A DNA stretch of 64,000 nucleotides from Chrysomallon squamiferum (Eukaryota > Animalia > Mollusca): contig CM022670.1 in NCBI GenBank assembly GCA_012295275.1, positions 5,766,001 to 5,830,000 on the forward strand, written 5' to 3'. This document shows positions 1 through 13,400 of this stretch, one piece after another. The notes beneath the pieces are model-generated. The model had not been told where the DNA came from. It worked only from the letters and a program-made list of their open reading frames with translations, and did no database searches. The first letter of the stretch is position 1. The number at the start of each line of letters is the position of its first letter. A program made the translations under genes and the position numbers.

Positions 1-379
1 GATATTATGATTATTCAAAATAACTATAAGTTAGTATTTTCTTTTCTTTTCTTTTTTTTTCGTTTTTCTTTCTTTCTTTCTTTATTCACTAATATACAGC
101 ATTTTTATTAACTAACTTACATATTTATTTATTTACAAATTTATCTACGTTATTGATTTATTTACTAACATAAAATACATATAAAATTATATTTATTTGG
201 ATTTTTTTCATTTACTTATTTGTTTTTGGTATTCATTCATTCATTAACTGATATTAAATACTATATATTTATTTGTTTTGTTTGTTTTCTGGATACCTCC
301 AGCCAGCCAGCAGCTGAAGCACGGAATATTTGTCCTAATGACTGATAATTAGAAGCGAAAGATATTACTGGTGCTCTGG

Positions 380-500
380 CTGCAGGCGAAAATAGCACAC
401 AATTTTAGATTATTGTTGAAGGGACACAACTCTGTTTTGTTTTGTTTTTATTGGAGTTTGCCGCGAAATTTTATTTCGGTACTTTGTTTTTCAGTAGTGT
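380..500 (+). promoter_or_regulatory. Putative RFC3 promoter / 5' UTR region with E2F-like and CCAAT elements
   Basis: CpG-retaining patch in AT-rich DNA. TTTGCCGCGAAA at 457-468 is E2F-like and ATTGG (reverse CCAAT) lies at 450-454. An acceptor-like TTTTTCAG ends at 494, 17 nt before the ATG. Replication genes are commonly E2F targets. Confidence 0.45.
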
Positions 501-511
501 CATTAGCAATA

Positions 512-3307
512 ATGAGTCTTTGGGTCGATAAGTATCGTCCAACTTCTCTTAACAAACTTGATTACCACAAGGATCAAGCAAGTCTTTTAAAGAAACTGGT
601 AAATATAATGCATATATACGAAAAATTTATAGAATTGGGTTTGTTTTTCTAATTCTTGTTAATCAACTTAAAAGTTAATGTTTCCAAACACCTGAAAAAC
701 TTGTAAACGTACATGAATGTAATGATCTTATTCGATATTTTCATGTTTTGTTGTTGTTACAATAATAACATTTCTGTTTGTGAGTAATTTCTTTTCTAAT
801 TTTATTAAGAATCAATAAATTTACATTATGATTATCATGATTATGGTTACAATTAACAGAATTATGAATTATACTTGACGTTCAGATTAACTAATATGTA
901 CTAAATTAACAAATATATTTTTACAGGTGGCAGGAGGTGATTTTCCTCATCTTCTCGTGTACGGCCCGTCCGGTTCGGGTAAAAAGACTCGTATTATGTG
1001 TTTGCTGCGAGAGCTTTACGGATCTGGCGTTGAGAAGCTGCGCATTGAACAAAGCCATTTTACCACTCCTTCCAATAAGAAACTGGAAATCTCAACAATC
1101 TCATCTAACTATCACATAGAAGTGAATCCAAGGTTAAAGGGTTTTTAATTATTATTATTATTATTATTTGTTTTGTTTCTTAATTATCTAAATATGTTAA
1201 AAATAATGTTTAATTATCCAAATTTAAACTGTTATAATTGTACCGTGTATTAATAGTTAGAGGTTTACATAAGAACTTTCATTATTTAATATTATTTAAT
1301 ATTTTCAGTGATGTTGGTAACAATGACAGAGTAGTAATACAGGAACTAATTAAAAATATCGCACAGGTGAACCAGCTTGATTCATCAACACAAAGAGATT
1401 TTAAAGGTAAAGTAAAAATATTTTGTAACCTCAGGTTAATATTATTTTTCTGTATGTCATAACATTTAGTAAATTTTTATTAATGGCATCTTCTGTTCAG
1501 TTGTGGTGCTCACTGAAGTGGACCGACTCACTAAAGATGCCCAGCATGCTCTGCGTCGTACTATGGAGAAGTACATGTCAACATGTCGCATTATTCTCTG
1601 CTGTAATTCCACCAGCAAGGTCATCCCAGCTATCAAGAGTCGCTGTCTAGGAATCAGAGTTGCAGCCCCTTCCACTGAAGAGGTAACTGTTAAATTATTT
1701 TACTTGTTTAAACTGTTATCTTAAATTGAATTGGTACAGCTGATAAATAAACTTTTGTTGTATATTACCACACAATATTTTCTCTATTATTAGATTTCAA
1801 ATATTTGCCTGCTACTAATACTCATACAGTATAGTCACTGGGTAGAATGAAAAAGAAATCTTTATGTATGCTGATAATATTTGATCCTGTTACTGTCTAA
1901 ACCTGATGTCAACACTCTACTACTGTACATATTGTTTTTCACAGATCTGTCAGATTTTACAAAATGTCTGTAAGAAGGAAGGGTTGAATTTACCACAAGA
2001 GTTAGCAAAGAAAATAGCAGATAAGAGCAGCCGCAACTTGAGAAGAGCTTTGTTGATGTGTGAAGCCTGTAAAGTTCAGCAGTGAGTTGTAATTATTTCA
2101 TATATGTGAGAATTTTTAATTTAAGATATGTGTTTCTAATTGCTCAGTATATTCACAGAAACTTTATATTACAAAAAAGAATATTTTCAACCGCCAAGTG
2201 AAATACTGATAACATTTAGAGATGTGGTGGATTTGATTGTTAATTACTGTGTGGATTTGATTTTGAATGAACTGTTTTATATTCAGGTATCCATTCAGTG
2301 CAGACCAGGATGTCTCGGAGCCTGACTGGGAGCTTTACTTAAGGGAAACAGCAAACATGATTGTGAGTGAGCAGTCTCCTAAACGGTAAGTAACATTATT
2401 ATCAGTCAGCAGTCTTGTAAATTGTGAATGAGTAGTATTAAACAGTAAGAGGCATACTGAATCGTCTAACACAGTCAGTATTAAAATAGTTCATGTTCTT
2501 CAAAAAAGCACGAGCTCAAGCCATGAATTTTACTAGAATTTCTGTTTGCGACATTATCACTGATCTTTGTGTGTCAACATTAACAACAAACCTAAACACA
2601 AAGCTTTATATCAAATGATCAGTTGTGCTGCACTACAGTTACTGCTAAACTGAAAAAAAGAAAAGTTGTTTGTAACCAACTTCAAAACTACCATTGCTAC
2701 TAGATGTAACAAATGAAAAGATGTGTCTGTGTCCAGAATCTAATTCTACATCACCTCGGTGAAAAAGAAGTCAGATATTATTTTTTTTAAAGATTACCTG
2801 AATGGCAACAGAATGTATACAGCATACCTCTAAGGGGGAGAACTCTGTTAACAGTTGTCTGCTCAATCAACAATCGTTCTTCTAAGTGGCTTAATGGAGT
2901 AAAATTAAAAAAAAATCCCTGTCATTGCCAGACATGGGTGAAAATTTGCACATTGTTTACACATGTGTGATTGGGAACACTGAAAGTTGTAACTAAAAAA
3001 TTTGAAATGTTAGTTACAGTTTGTTTATCTTTGTCTTAACTTGTAATTTACCAGAAGAAAAAAATAGTGCTATTTTGAACTTCAGACTTCCATGAAATAC
3101 CTGATTTAAATTATTTAATGCATATGATTTAAATTATTTAATGCTCCATATCTTGAAATAAATATTATGAACATTAATCCTGATTATTGTTGTACAACTG
3201 CAGGTTACTGGAGGTGAGAGGTAGGCTGTATGAGTTACTTACTCACTGCATTCCACCAGATGTCATCATGAAGGTGAGACAACTAATTCATATAACATTT
3301 GTTCAGC

Positions 3308-3352
<45 letters not shown>

Positions 3353-3777
3353 TTCTGAAGTTAGGAACTCAAACATCTGTATAAACCATGCTTACAGTGA
3401 TTTAACAGGATTAACAGGCAACAGAACCAAACAAACATCATTGTACAATAAATATACCTCTGTCGTGTCAGTCTTATTTACTTCATATATTTTTTTTAAC
3501 TAATACTCTGTGAGTACTTTGTAATTAAACTTTGTTTACTATTTTATTCAATGTTTGTAACAACTGATTATTAAAACTCATATTTCAGGGTCTGCTACAA
3601 GAACTGCTGTTAAACTGCGATGGGCAATTGAAAAAGGAGCTCATCCAGTTTGCTGCATACTATGAACATCGACTACAGCTGGGACAGAAAGCTATTTATC
3701 ATCTTGAAGCTTTTGTGGCCAAATTTATGGCAATTTACAAACGATTTTTTGAGGAGGGACTCGCAGAACTGTTCTAA
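512..3777 (+). CDS. RFC3: Replication factor C subunit 3 (clamp loader, AAA+), about 355 aa, 8 coding exons
   Basis: Exons 512-598, 927-1132, 1309-1406, 1501-1682, 1945-2081, 2287-2385, 3204-3273, 3589-3777. All introns are GT-AG and the frame is continuous (1068 nt). Motifs: [10 protein letters not shown], Walker [34 protein letters not shown]-terminal [10 protein letters not shown]. Confidence 0.97.
3314..3348. repeat. (TA)n microsatellite in RFC3 intron 7
   Basis: Direct reading of the sequence. Confidence 0.9.
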
Positions 3778-4319
3778 TTAAACTGTTATGGTGTATTAAT
3801 ATAACTGATACACAGACTGAAAAAAACATAAACTGTATCTTCATGTTATTAAATATTCAACAACTGATGATTGTGGCTTACAGTACCATCACTGAAGCGG
3901 TTTTGAATGAACAAGACAATTTATATACATTGCTTAAAATAAGAATAACAGGAAGAACCAAAAAAATGACAATAAAAATGTTAAATCTGGGCCAAAATAA
4001 AAAAGATGATGCTGTAAAAGAGTTGTGATTAAGTTTTGGTTGAAACATAGAAATAGTGTTAATGCCTACAAAAATAAACAAATTGGTAATTGTAAGATTT
4101 TTGGTTTTCATTGATTTTAATAAACAAAAAACCAGAATGAGATCTATTTTGGTTTAATATGTATCAGTGATGAAATTCAGAAGAGATTTATGACTCATCA
4201 TACGTTATTTTTTTTATAAATATCACAGGTTTATGATACGATTTGAAATAAATGGTGAATAATAATTTTTATAAGAAAAAGATACGTCGTTACAAATATT
4301 AAAACGTGTTTTTTGTTTG

Positions 4320-4498
4320 TTTTTTGTAAAAGGCGGAATGTACGAACAGAATAAAAGTGTCATCTTGACTTCCTTTTCCGGAAGTGAAAAAAAAAAAAAT
4401 ATTAGTCACATAAATTTACCAGCAAAATAGCATATGTCGTTCATTTAAAACAAGCATGTGACGTCTTCTTATATTATTAATTTTTACAGATAATAAAA
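4320..4498 (+). promoter_or_regulatory. Putative ATP8A promoter (ETS and CRE-like motifs)
   Basis: CCGGAAGTG (ETS/GABP-type) at 4378-4386 and TGACGTC at 4459-4465, with local CpG retention, immediately upstream of ATG 4499. Confidence 0.5.
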
Positions 4499-7400
4499 AT
4501 GGCTGATGAACAAGATACAACCGACATCGGTCGGCTGGGAAGAGGTAAGATTTATTCCGGCGTTCACATTGTGATTGTCGGCTGCACTGCAGTCTAAATT
4601 AGTAAATACAATTTTATATTGCTATATATATCACTGACTCACATTAATGCCACTTTATCATATTATAGAATATATAGCAATTGTCGTTAGTTGATATTTA
4701 TTTATGATGTTTAGTCCATTATTAAGTCTTAAGTCTTTGTAAGTTAGTTTACAACAGTCGTGTTTAAAATATTCACCGTATTAATTTAATAATATTAATA
4801 GGTTAATACTTAATAGTATGTATATATTCAGGTACTGCATAATATATTGTTATATGATTCTAGTTTCAGTATTATTATTTTATTTAATATATTCATTCAT
4901 ATAGTGCACCAGTTGTACGTGAATTAATGTGTTTGGACAGATATTTAGCATATAATGTGGAATTTATAACTGGTTCATAGAATAGTTTGGCAAAAACCAA
5001 CCATGAACCTTATGATCAGATCTTTGAAATCTCTGTATGACATAATAATAATAGAAAGTAAATACAAACTGCAAGCCACTGTTCTTTGAAATGTAAAAAT
5101 TTATAAATCCAAGTTTTAAACACTTTAAGAATTTATGAATATGTTTAATAGCATCCATAAACTTAAATATAAAGTGGGTAATTTAGGTTATCTGTTGTCA
5201 GTATTGCTATTACATTAACAAAATAAATTTATATTGATAAAATAGTGTTACCATTTATTTCACATGGAGGAGTACATCATACGAAGGACTGAATGTAAAT
5301 GTATTTTTATGTGTGTTTATAAATATTTAATTAATATTTCAGTCACATATTTTGTGGAATTTTTCTACTTTGTCTATTTAATCATTTGAATGATTTCAGA
5401 TTCATGGAAATAACTGAAATGAATCAAAGCTACAGTATTTTTATTTAAAGGTATCAGTAATTAATATAACTAGTAACCAGTTTAAAATATAATGCTATAG
5501 CTTATTACCAGGACAGGAAAAGATGTATTTGTTTGTTAAAAGTCGTGCATATTTCAAGTTAGTAATTATGGTGGACTGTAAATAGTATTCAGAAAAACAC
5601 AAAAAAGTTACAGATAATGTGTGCTTCTCTTTTTTTTCACTAAAATTATATTATCATCAAGAAAATTTCTATATATATCATTATATGGTTGATATAGGTA
5701 TTAATTAGTACACCATGTTTAAAATAATAATATTTTAAAAACCTGAGCTTATTACGCTGCGATCATTTTTTTTTTTTTTAGAAACCTATAATGTAATGTT
5801 GAAATAACATACACCAACAGAGATGGTCAATTATTATTATTATTATTATTATTATTTTGGTTATTATTGTTGTTATTAAATAAGTTATTTTTATTTCAGT
5901 AAACAAATATTGGTGATTGCAATAATTATTTATGTTTCCTTTTTTAGAAGTCTATTTTATTTTTTCACTTCATATACAGACAAGTAGATAGATCTGTACT
6001 AAAGATAGATCAATTTTAATTGGTTTATGCTGAATATTTGCTGTAAATAATTACAGTATAATGATCTAATTGTGTTTAAAAATCAAAATAATTGGTCAGA
6101 ATGTAAAGACAGAATTTTACTTATTTTTTATTTAATTTTAATTATCATTTGTTGTTGTTTAATGACACTTGGTGTATATAATACAATAAATGAAGATCCA
6201 ACTGTTACAAGTCACAGATGTTAAAAATGTAATTTAGTGAAATAAGCATGTTGTCATTGAATCAATTAACATTCGTTTAGATCAACATATATTTTACTAT
6301 TAACAAGGCATGTGTGTATCACAGTTTTTAACAAAATTGTGTTTGAAAAAAATTATAGTGACACCAGCCATGTCAGGTTTATGTTCCTCTGTGTGTATGT
6401 TTTTGTTTTACTTTTTACTTCCCATTTAATAACTTTCTCAGGAAAACACTAAGTGAAAGAAAAAATGCAATCAGTTTTATAATGTAGATTGGTGAACTAA
6501 CAAATGTTAAAAAAGATATTAAAAAATTTTAACACAGAAAATAAGAGCATCAGCTGATAATTATAAAAATTTAAATTTTAAAATAATTATTTTTTCTGTC
6601 CATAGATTTATAATTATATGGAAAATATTGACAAAATGCAGAGGCCCTGTAAACAATACATCATAATGAATGCATAATTATATTTTAATAGAAGATAACA
6701 GGTTCACTGATGTCATTAATTTTAAATATTTAACCTTTTTCTGAAATAGAATAATGTTAATTATGGTACTGCTATTTTAATCAATAATAAAGATTTTGTT
6801 TTACCTCCTGGTGAGGTATTGCATGTGAAAATTTAAAAAAAACACAGATTCTTTCAGTGACACATTCATGTAGACAATTCACACCATACTAATTCTGGTG
6901 GTGCACATCTGATAAAACATCAGAAAAATGTATGACACATTTTTTTTTCTTACTACCAGATTTTCATTCAAATTTATAAATAATTTAATTAACTAAGAGG
7001 AGAATTCGATGGTACATCTCACACAGAAAAATCAGTTATAATTAAATTTTTGAAATCAGACAAAGTAAACATCAAACAGGAAATCAGGTATAATTAAATT
7101 TTTAATAGCAGGCAGTAAACATCAAACAGGAAATCAGATATAATTAAATTTTTAATAGCAGACAAGACACAGTAAATATCAAATAGGAAATCAGATATAA
7201 TTAAATTTTTAATAGCAGACCAGACAGTAAACATCAAACAAGAAATCAGTTATAATTAAATTTTTGATATCAGCCACAGTAAACATCAAACAGGAAGTCA
7301 CTTAGAATATAATTTTTGATATCAGACACAGTAAACATCCAACAGGAAATCAGTGTAATACATTTGTCATTTATTTACCATCTGTGAAAAAAAGTAGTTT

Positions 7401-10400
7401 GTTAAATAACCATTGTGTCAAACATCCACGTGAGTTTTTATATTTCAGTCTGTATTAAAGAATGTCAGCAAATTATTAACTTCACATCTACAGACCTAAA
7501 ACTAAATGCTCAGACTGGGATGCATATTACACTGGTGTATTTCTCTAGACAAATTATACAATATTTCCCCACAGGAAACAAGCTTATAATTCAAACAAAG
7601 ACACTAAATTTTTATGAGTGAAAAACGTATTTCTTTTATGACACAGATATATATTGTTAATTACAGTTAATATATTATTTTACTGTTTAATTCATCACAT
7701 ACATAGATTATTTTATCACACTACAGATGTTTTTCTTTTAGTTCAAATGTAAAAGGCTACACAGTGTAGATCAGTTTGTAAAATAACATTTGCTTTTAAT
7801 ATCCAAGCTACCTGTTGTAAACTGAACTATTGATCTGCTTGCTGTTGATGTTTGCATGCTTTTGGCCAATTGTTGTTAGAGTATTGATTTATATTAACAC
7901 ATGTGACATTAGATTGTTTCATAGAGAGTAAACGTACATCAACTACTGTGTGTGATTAACAATCTCTTCTGTTACTGATATAATTTGCATTTTTATATCT
8001 TACATATAAAATTATCTGTATGATAATACACTGTACATAAAGCTTTGTGGTATACAACATATAGTTATGTTATAGTACTTGTATAGCTATTTATCACATT
8101 AAAAACTATTTATACAGATAGTATATTGATACATTCAGTATTATAGTGTCTAACATACAGTTATCATAGAGTGATCTGTGTATAAAAATATATACTGATA
8201 CTGATACAATCTGTATTATAGTATATAACATACTACAGTTATCATACAATAATCTGACTACTTACACAAATATGTTCTGTATTACAGTGCATAATATACT
8301 ACAGTTAGCTTTAAGTAATTTACTTATGTATTAAACAATCTGTTGATACCAGTTTTTCTTCTCCAGTGAGTTTTCCACTAAAAGACAATGTCTTACAATT
8401 TGTGTAGAGTTAAATGTAATGTAAAATAGTTGTAGCTGCTAATCATGATGTGATCATTACATTTGTGAAACGTGTTGAAATAAGTTACAAAGGAAAATGC
8501 TTCCACAGTTTGAAAAGTGAACTATGCTAGTATATGACAGTGAAATGTTAATTACGCATTAGATGATTAATTGAAATGTCCCCAAGGATCATATTTTTTT
8601 GCACCCAAGTCATGTGTCACTGAAATGATTAATAATAATAAGTTCGTTTGGTTACAGAATTCACTGTCTGTTTAATTTAGTATGAATGAATGTTAGCAGT
8701 AATTACAAACCTTTTATTTGTAAATAGTGCATAATCAAATATATATATACAGGTATATTATTTTACAATATCACTTGGTACGTATTATACTTAATATTAC
8801 TTTATTGGTATATTATTTGTAATATTATTATTTTGATATAATCACATTGATGTAATATTCTAATATAACCAAACTGGTATTTTGAATTTATGAAAATACT
8901 TTAGTAATTATTATTTTTAAAAATTCAGTTATATTCGTTTCAGATTTAAATATGTTAAATATAAACAATATATTTATGGTAAATATATATACATATACAG
9001 TGTTGTAATACATAAAACACTGAAATACTAAGTGGTCGGATGTGACTGATGACATGAAAAGAAATCAAACAGGACGTTATAATAACTGGAACATGTTTCT
9101 AAACATATATTAAGTTGATTAACTGATGAAGATAGGCTACTTTGAATGCAATTAAAAATGAAGTTACATATATATATATATAATGTAAAAATAAACATCC
9201 AGTCAAAAGGCAGTATTTTATTACATGCAGTAATGGCTTCTTTTTGATACATGTCATAAAATAAGCAATTTGTGCGAATAAAAAAATCACTTACCAATGT
9301 AACCATGTCTTGTTTCCACCATTGGTTTTTTCTAAGTGAACTCCTATTTCTAGGTTTTATCAGTTAGAATATCATGTGCTTGATTATGACAAAAAAAAAT
9401 ATGTGCAACAGAGAATTTGCATCTTGTTGTTTTAAACTAAGATTTTTCAAATGTAAGCATTCTGTGATAAGAAAACCAAATGGATTAATTAGTTTTTTGC
9501 TTCAATTATTATACAGAGATAAGTAGCAGTGTTGTAGTCCCTAAATCCGATGGAATGCTGGAACGTGATTTTTTATAGTGTCCGATGTCAAAAATAATGA
9601 AATGCTTAATGTGTCTTTATTTTGCCTTTGTTGTCATCAAACCTAAGCGAACTTTTTTCTAGTTGTATGATTGATCAGTAGTTATTTTATATTTTTTTTT
9701 TTCCAGGTTTTGCATGTGATGAAGTGGCAGAAATAAAAAAATACCACTACGGCCAAATAAATCTTTTATTTAAAATAAACAATGCAAACAAATTATTATT
9801 CAAAGACAACAGTACTGATTAACTTGCTATAGTAATTAATTCATTTATGAACTGAGTTGCAAAATTTCTCAAAATTTGGTAATACTCGTCATGACTGACC
9901 ACCATTTTAAGAACTCAGCAATGGTACAAAAACAAGGATAAAAATCAACCTTTTTTTTAATGGAAAGAACTGTTAAATTATTACAATCCATAAATCTGTT
10001 TTGTTTTGGAATGCACTTAATAGCAGAGTGCTTAAGATTGTATGAAGATTGTTTTCATGAGGGAATTTTTATATGCCTTTCAAATCATTTGCTCAAACAG
10101 TTTTGTTTAACGCCACAAACATACTGTTGTATTATGTAATTTTTTACTGCATATACAACATGGAGATTATAAAAAAAATATATATATAGCGAAAAGGTAT
10201 TTTCACTTTTAACATGGTAAAGCAGGAATCATCTATACAGTTCAGCTTTTGAGATAATTTATATTATTATATTAAATATCTGCATCACAGTATATACAGT
10301 TCTGCGTTAAAAATATACTGCAGAGCTTTGTTAAATATATACATCACAGTGTTAAGTACACAAAATGATTTGTTAAATATATACAATGCTGTGTTAAATA

Positions 10401-13400
10401 TACACAATGCTGTGTTAAATATATACAGTGCTGTGTTAAAAATTTACTGCTGAGCTTTGTTACATATATATAGAACTATGTTAAGTGTATGGAGTGCTGT
10501 GTTAAAAATATACTACAGAGCTTTGTTAAATATATACACTAATCTGTCAACTATATACAGTACCACCTTAAACATATACAGTGCTATGTCAAATGTATAC
10601 AGCAGAGCTATTTTGAATACATTCAGCGTGCAGCTCTCTACATGTTCTGTGAGTAAGTGTCTCCTGGGATGTTTCCTGTTCTTGATGCTGCTTTAATTAT
10701 CATTGTGTATTGTTACTGTATGATGGCGTCTATGTGTGTGTAATGGTTTGTTGTCAGTTTCTGAAACCATGGAGCTTCTTAATCTTCCTATACGATCAGG
10801 TACCTTTAATTACATAAACATGAAATTTTAGTGTAATTATGTACTTGGTTAATCATCAACTGTTGTTTAGATTTTCATACAGCTCTTGGCTCATGTCCAG
10901 GTTTGTTTGGTTAATGGATTGGACTGTACACACTGTGTCACTGCCATTAGCCTTTTCAGAAATCATAGTTAAAAAAAATTAATTATTTGTCGTCTGCAAA
11001 ACATAAGTTCTTGCTATATAAAGATTGAGGGATATTTCTTTTGGTTAATGTATTTCACCAGTTTCATTGTTTATGCTGAATTAATATGTCTCAAATCTGA
11101 CAATATAAATTCATAATAATTTTATGATAGATTTTAATTTACCTACAATACATTTTTCATAATTTATTCGTCTAGAAATATGCATATTTGATAACACATT
11201 TTTACATTAATATAAAAGCATAATGAACATAAAAATCATTAAATGTTCATATGAAGGTACACAGATTAAGTGCATTATAAATCATTTATTAATATGTGTA
11301 ATGTACCAATTTACAAAACATGATAAATACATGTGCAGCTGTTTTTAATAAACATAATTACTTAATTTCACAGTGACATTGTTTTATATACTATTCCATT
11401 AGAGAGGTTTAATATAAACGGTGTGTGTTATTGTGGGATAAGAAGGAAATGTAGGGCAGTGTGTATTACAGTAGAAAGGTAATAGATAGATGTTAAAGTG
11501 TAAATGTAATATGTTATTTTGATGTCTCTCATCTGTGTAAAATAACCCACATGTTCATTCAAGTACTGACAAATATATTGATTTACTAGTTCATAAATGA
11601 ATTATTGTCTTTGGTAAACAATAAGTTCACCCACTGGAACATGCAGTGTTTTAGAATTTTAAAGATTTTGAATATGTTTAATTTCAAAAGTACACTTAAA
11701 GCAGTATACATTTTAAATGTTTTGTGTGTTTATTAACTTACAATGATACATGAATTATTTAATCTTCAACAACTGCAACTATTTCAATCTGTAGCTATCG
11801 GCTTACAGTCAAGTGTATCTGCTTTTGACATGGTTTCTGTTTATACTGAGTTTCACATGCATACATAAACAGTTGGATAGAACTGTGTATCTAGACTGTA
11901 TATTAAAATTTTCACAGAATCTAAATTGTGTGTTAAATTTTCACAAAATCCATGTTTTAAATGTAATCCAGTATTATTGTTTTAATGGTAATACAAATTT
12001 ATCATGTTTTAAATGTAGAATATCCATAAATGGACAGCTGTGATATAGATTATCAGATTACATGTTTTAGAATATTATATATAATATGTTGTATATCACA
12101 CACACATTTCAGAATATCATCATATGGATGAGTTACCAACAACAGATGCTGCAGAACTTGAACCCCAGCAAAAGAGAATTATTTATTTGAATGCTCCACA
12201 ACAGACAAGATATTGTTCAAATCAAATCAGGTATGTTTGTACTCATACTGGGTGTTTTAGTCAACTCGGGTGTTTTTGTAATCAGCTCAATTACTTTTTG
12301 TAATGAGATCAGGGTGTTTGTAATTAGATCAGATATGTTTGTTACAAGATGAAGAGTATTTGTAATGAGATCAGGTATTCATAATTGGATCACATTATGA
12401 TGTTTCTGTATAATATATTTGGTAATGTATACTGTTAAAGAATATTATTGTCTTTACTTTTTATCAGCTTTTCTTTTCTTTTCCTGATATGTTTAAATAT
12501 ATATGTGTGTGTATTTTCATCTTTCAGCACAGCTAAATATAATTTCCTGACATTTTTGCCAAAGTTCCTGTTTGAACAGTTCAGAAAATATGCCAATATA
12601 TTTTTCTTGTTTATTGCCCTTATACAGGTAAAAGTTAAATATTATATTTAAAAAAGCAGTAGTACCAGCCAGTTTTATGTGTTTTATTTACTTGTTTCTT
12701 TTATTACTGTTTTATTTTTTAATGTTTAATTGCATTACAAGCATGTAATACAGGTTACAGATATTTAGTTAAAGTAAAATATTCTGTTTTCCAAAATATT
12801 TTCTATTAATTTTTTACTACAAATTATTTCTTTATTTACATAATATGATTTTGATTCAGTTATTTACAAAACTGTTGGGGCTATTATTTAATGATTTGAG
12901 TATAGCTAATTTCATATTTATTTATTTATTTTAGCAAATTCCCAATGTTTCTCCTACTGGACGCTATACAACAGCAGTTCCACTTCTTCTCATTCTCATG
13001 GTGTCTGCTGTTAAAGAAATTGTTGAAGATTTTGTAAGTGACAGTTCCACCCTAAACACAACCAATCAATATTTCTGTAATCATATATCAACACATTTTA
13101 TTCTGTTTGTTTTTATCCTTTGTCTTTGTATTAACTAATTTAATAGGATACTGGATCAGTCACGAAAGTATTTTTATTTTTATGTTTTGACATGGACTTT
13201 GACCATCTGTAGGAAAACTGTTTCAGTCAGGAAAGTATTTTTATTTTTATCTTTTGAGGTGGATTTTGACCATCTATGGAATACTGGCTCAGTCAGAAAA
13301 CAAAATTGATTTCTACATTATATTGTTTTCAGAAAAGACACAGAGCTGATGGTGCTGTCAACAACAGAAAGGTTCAAGGTATTTTTAAAAACATGATTTT

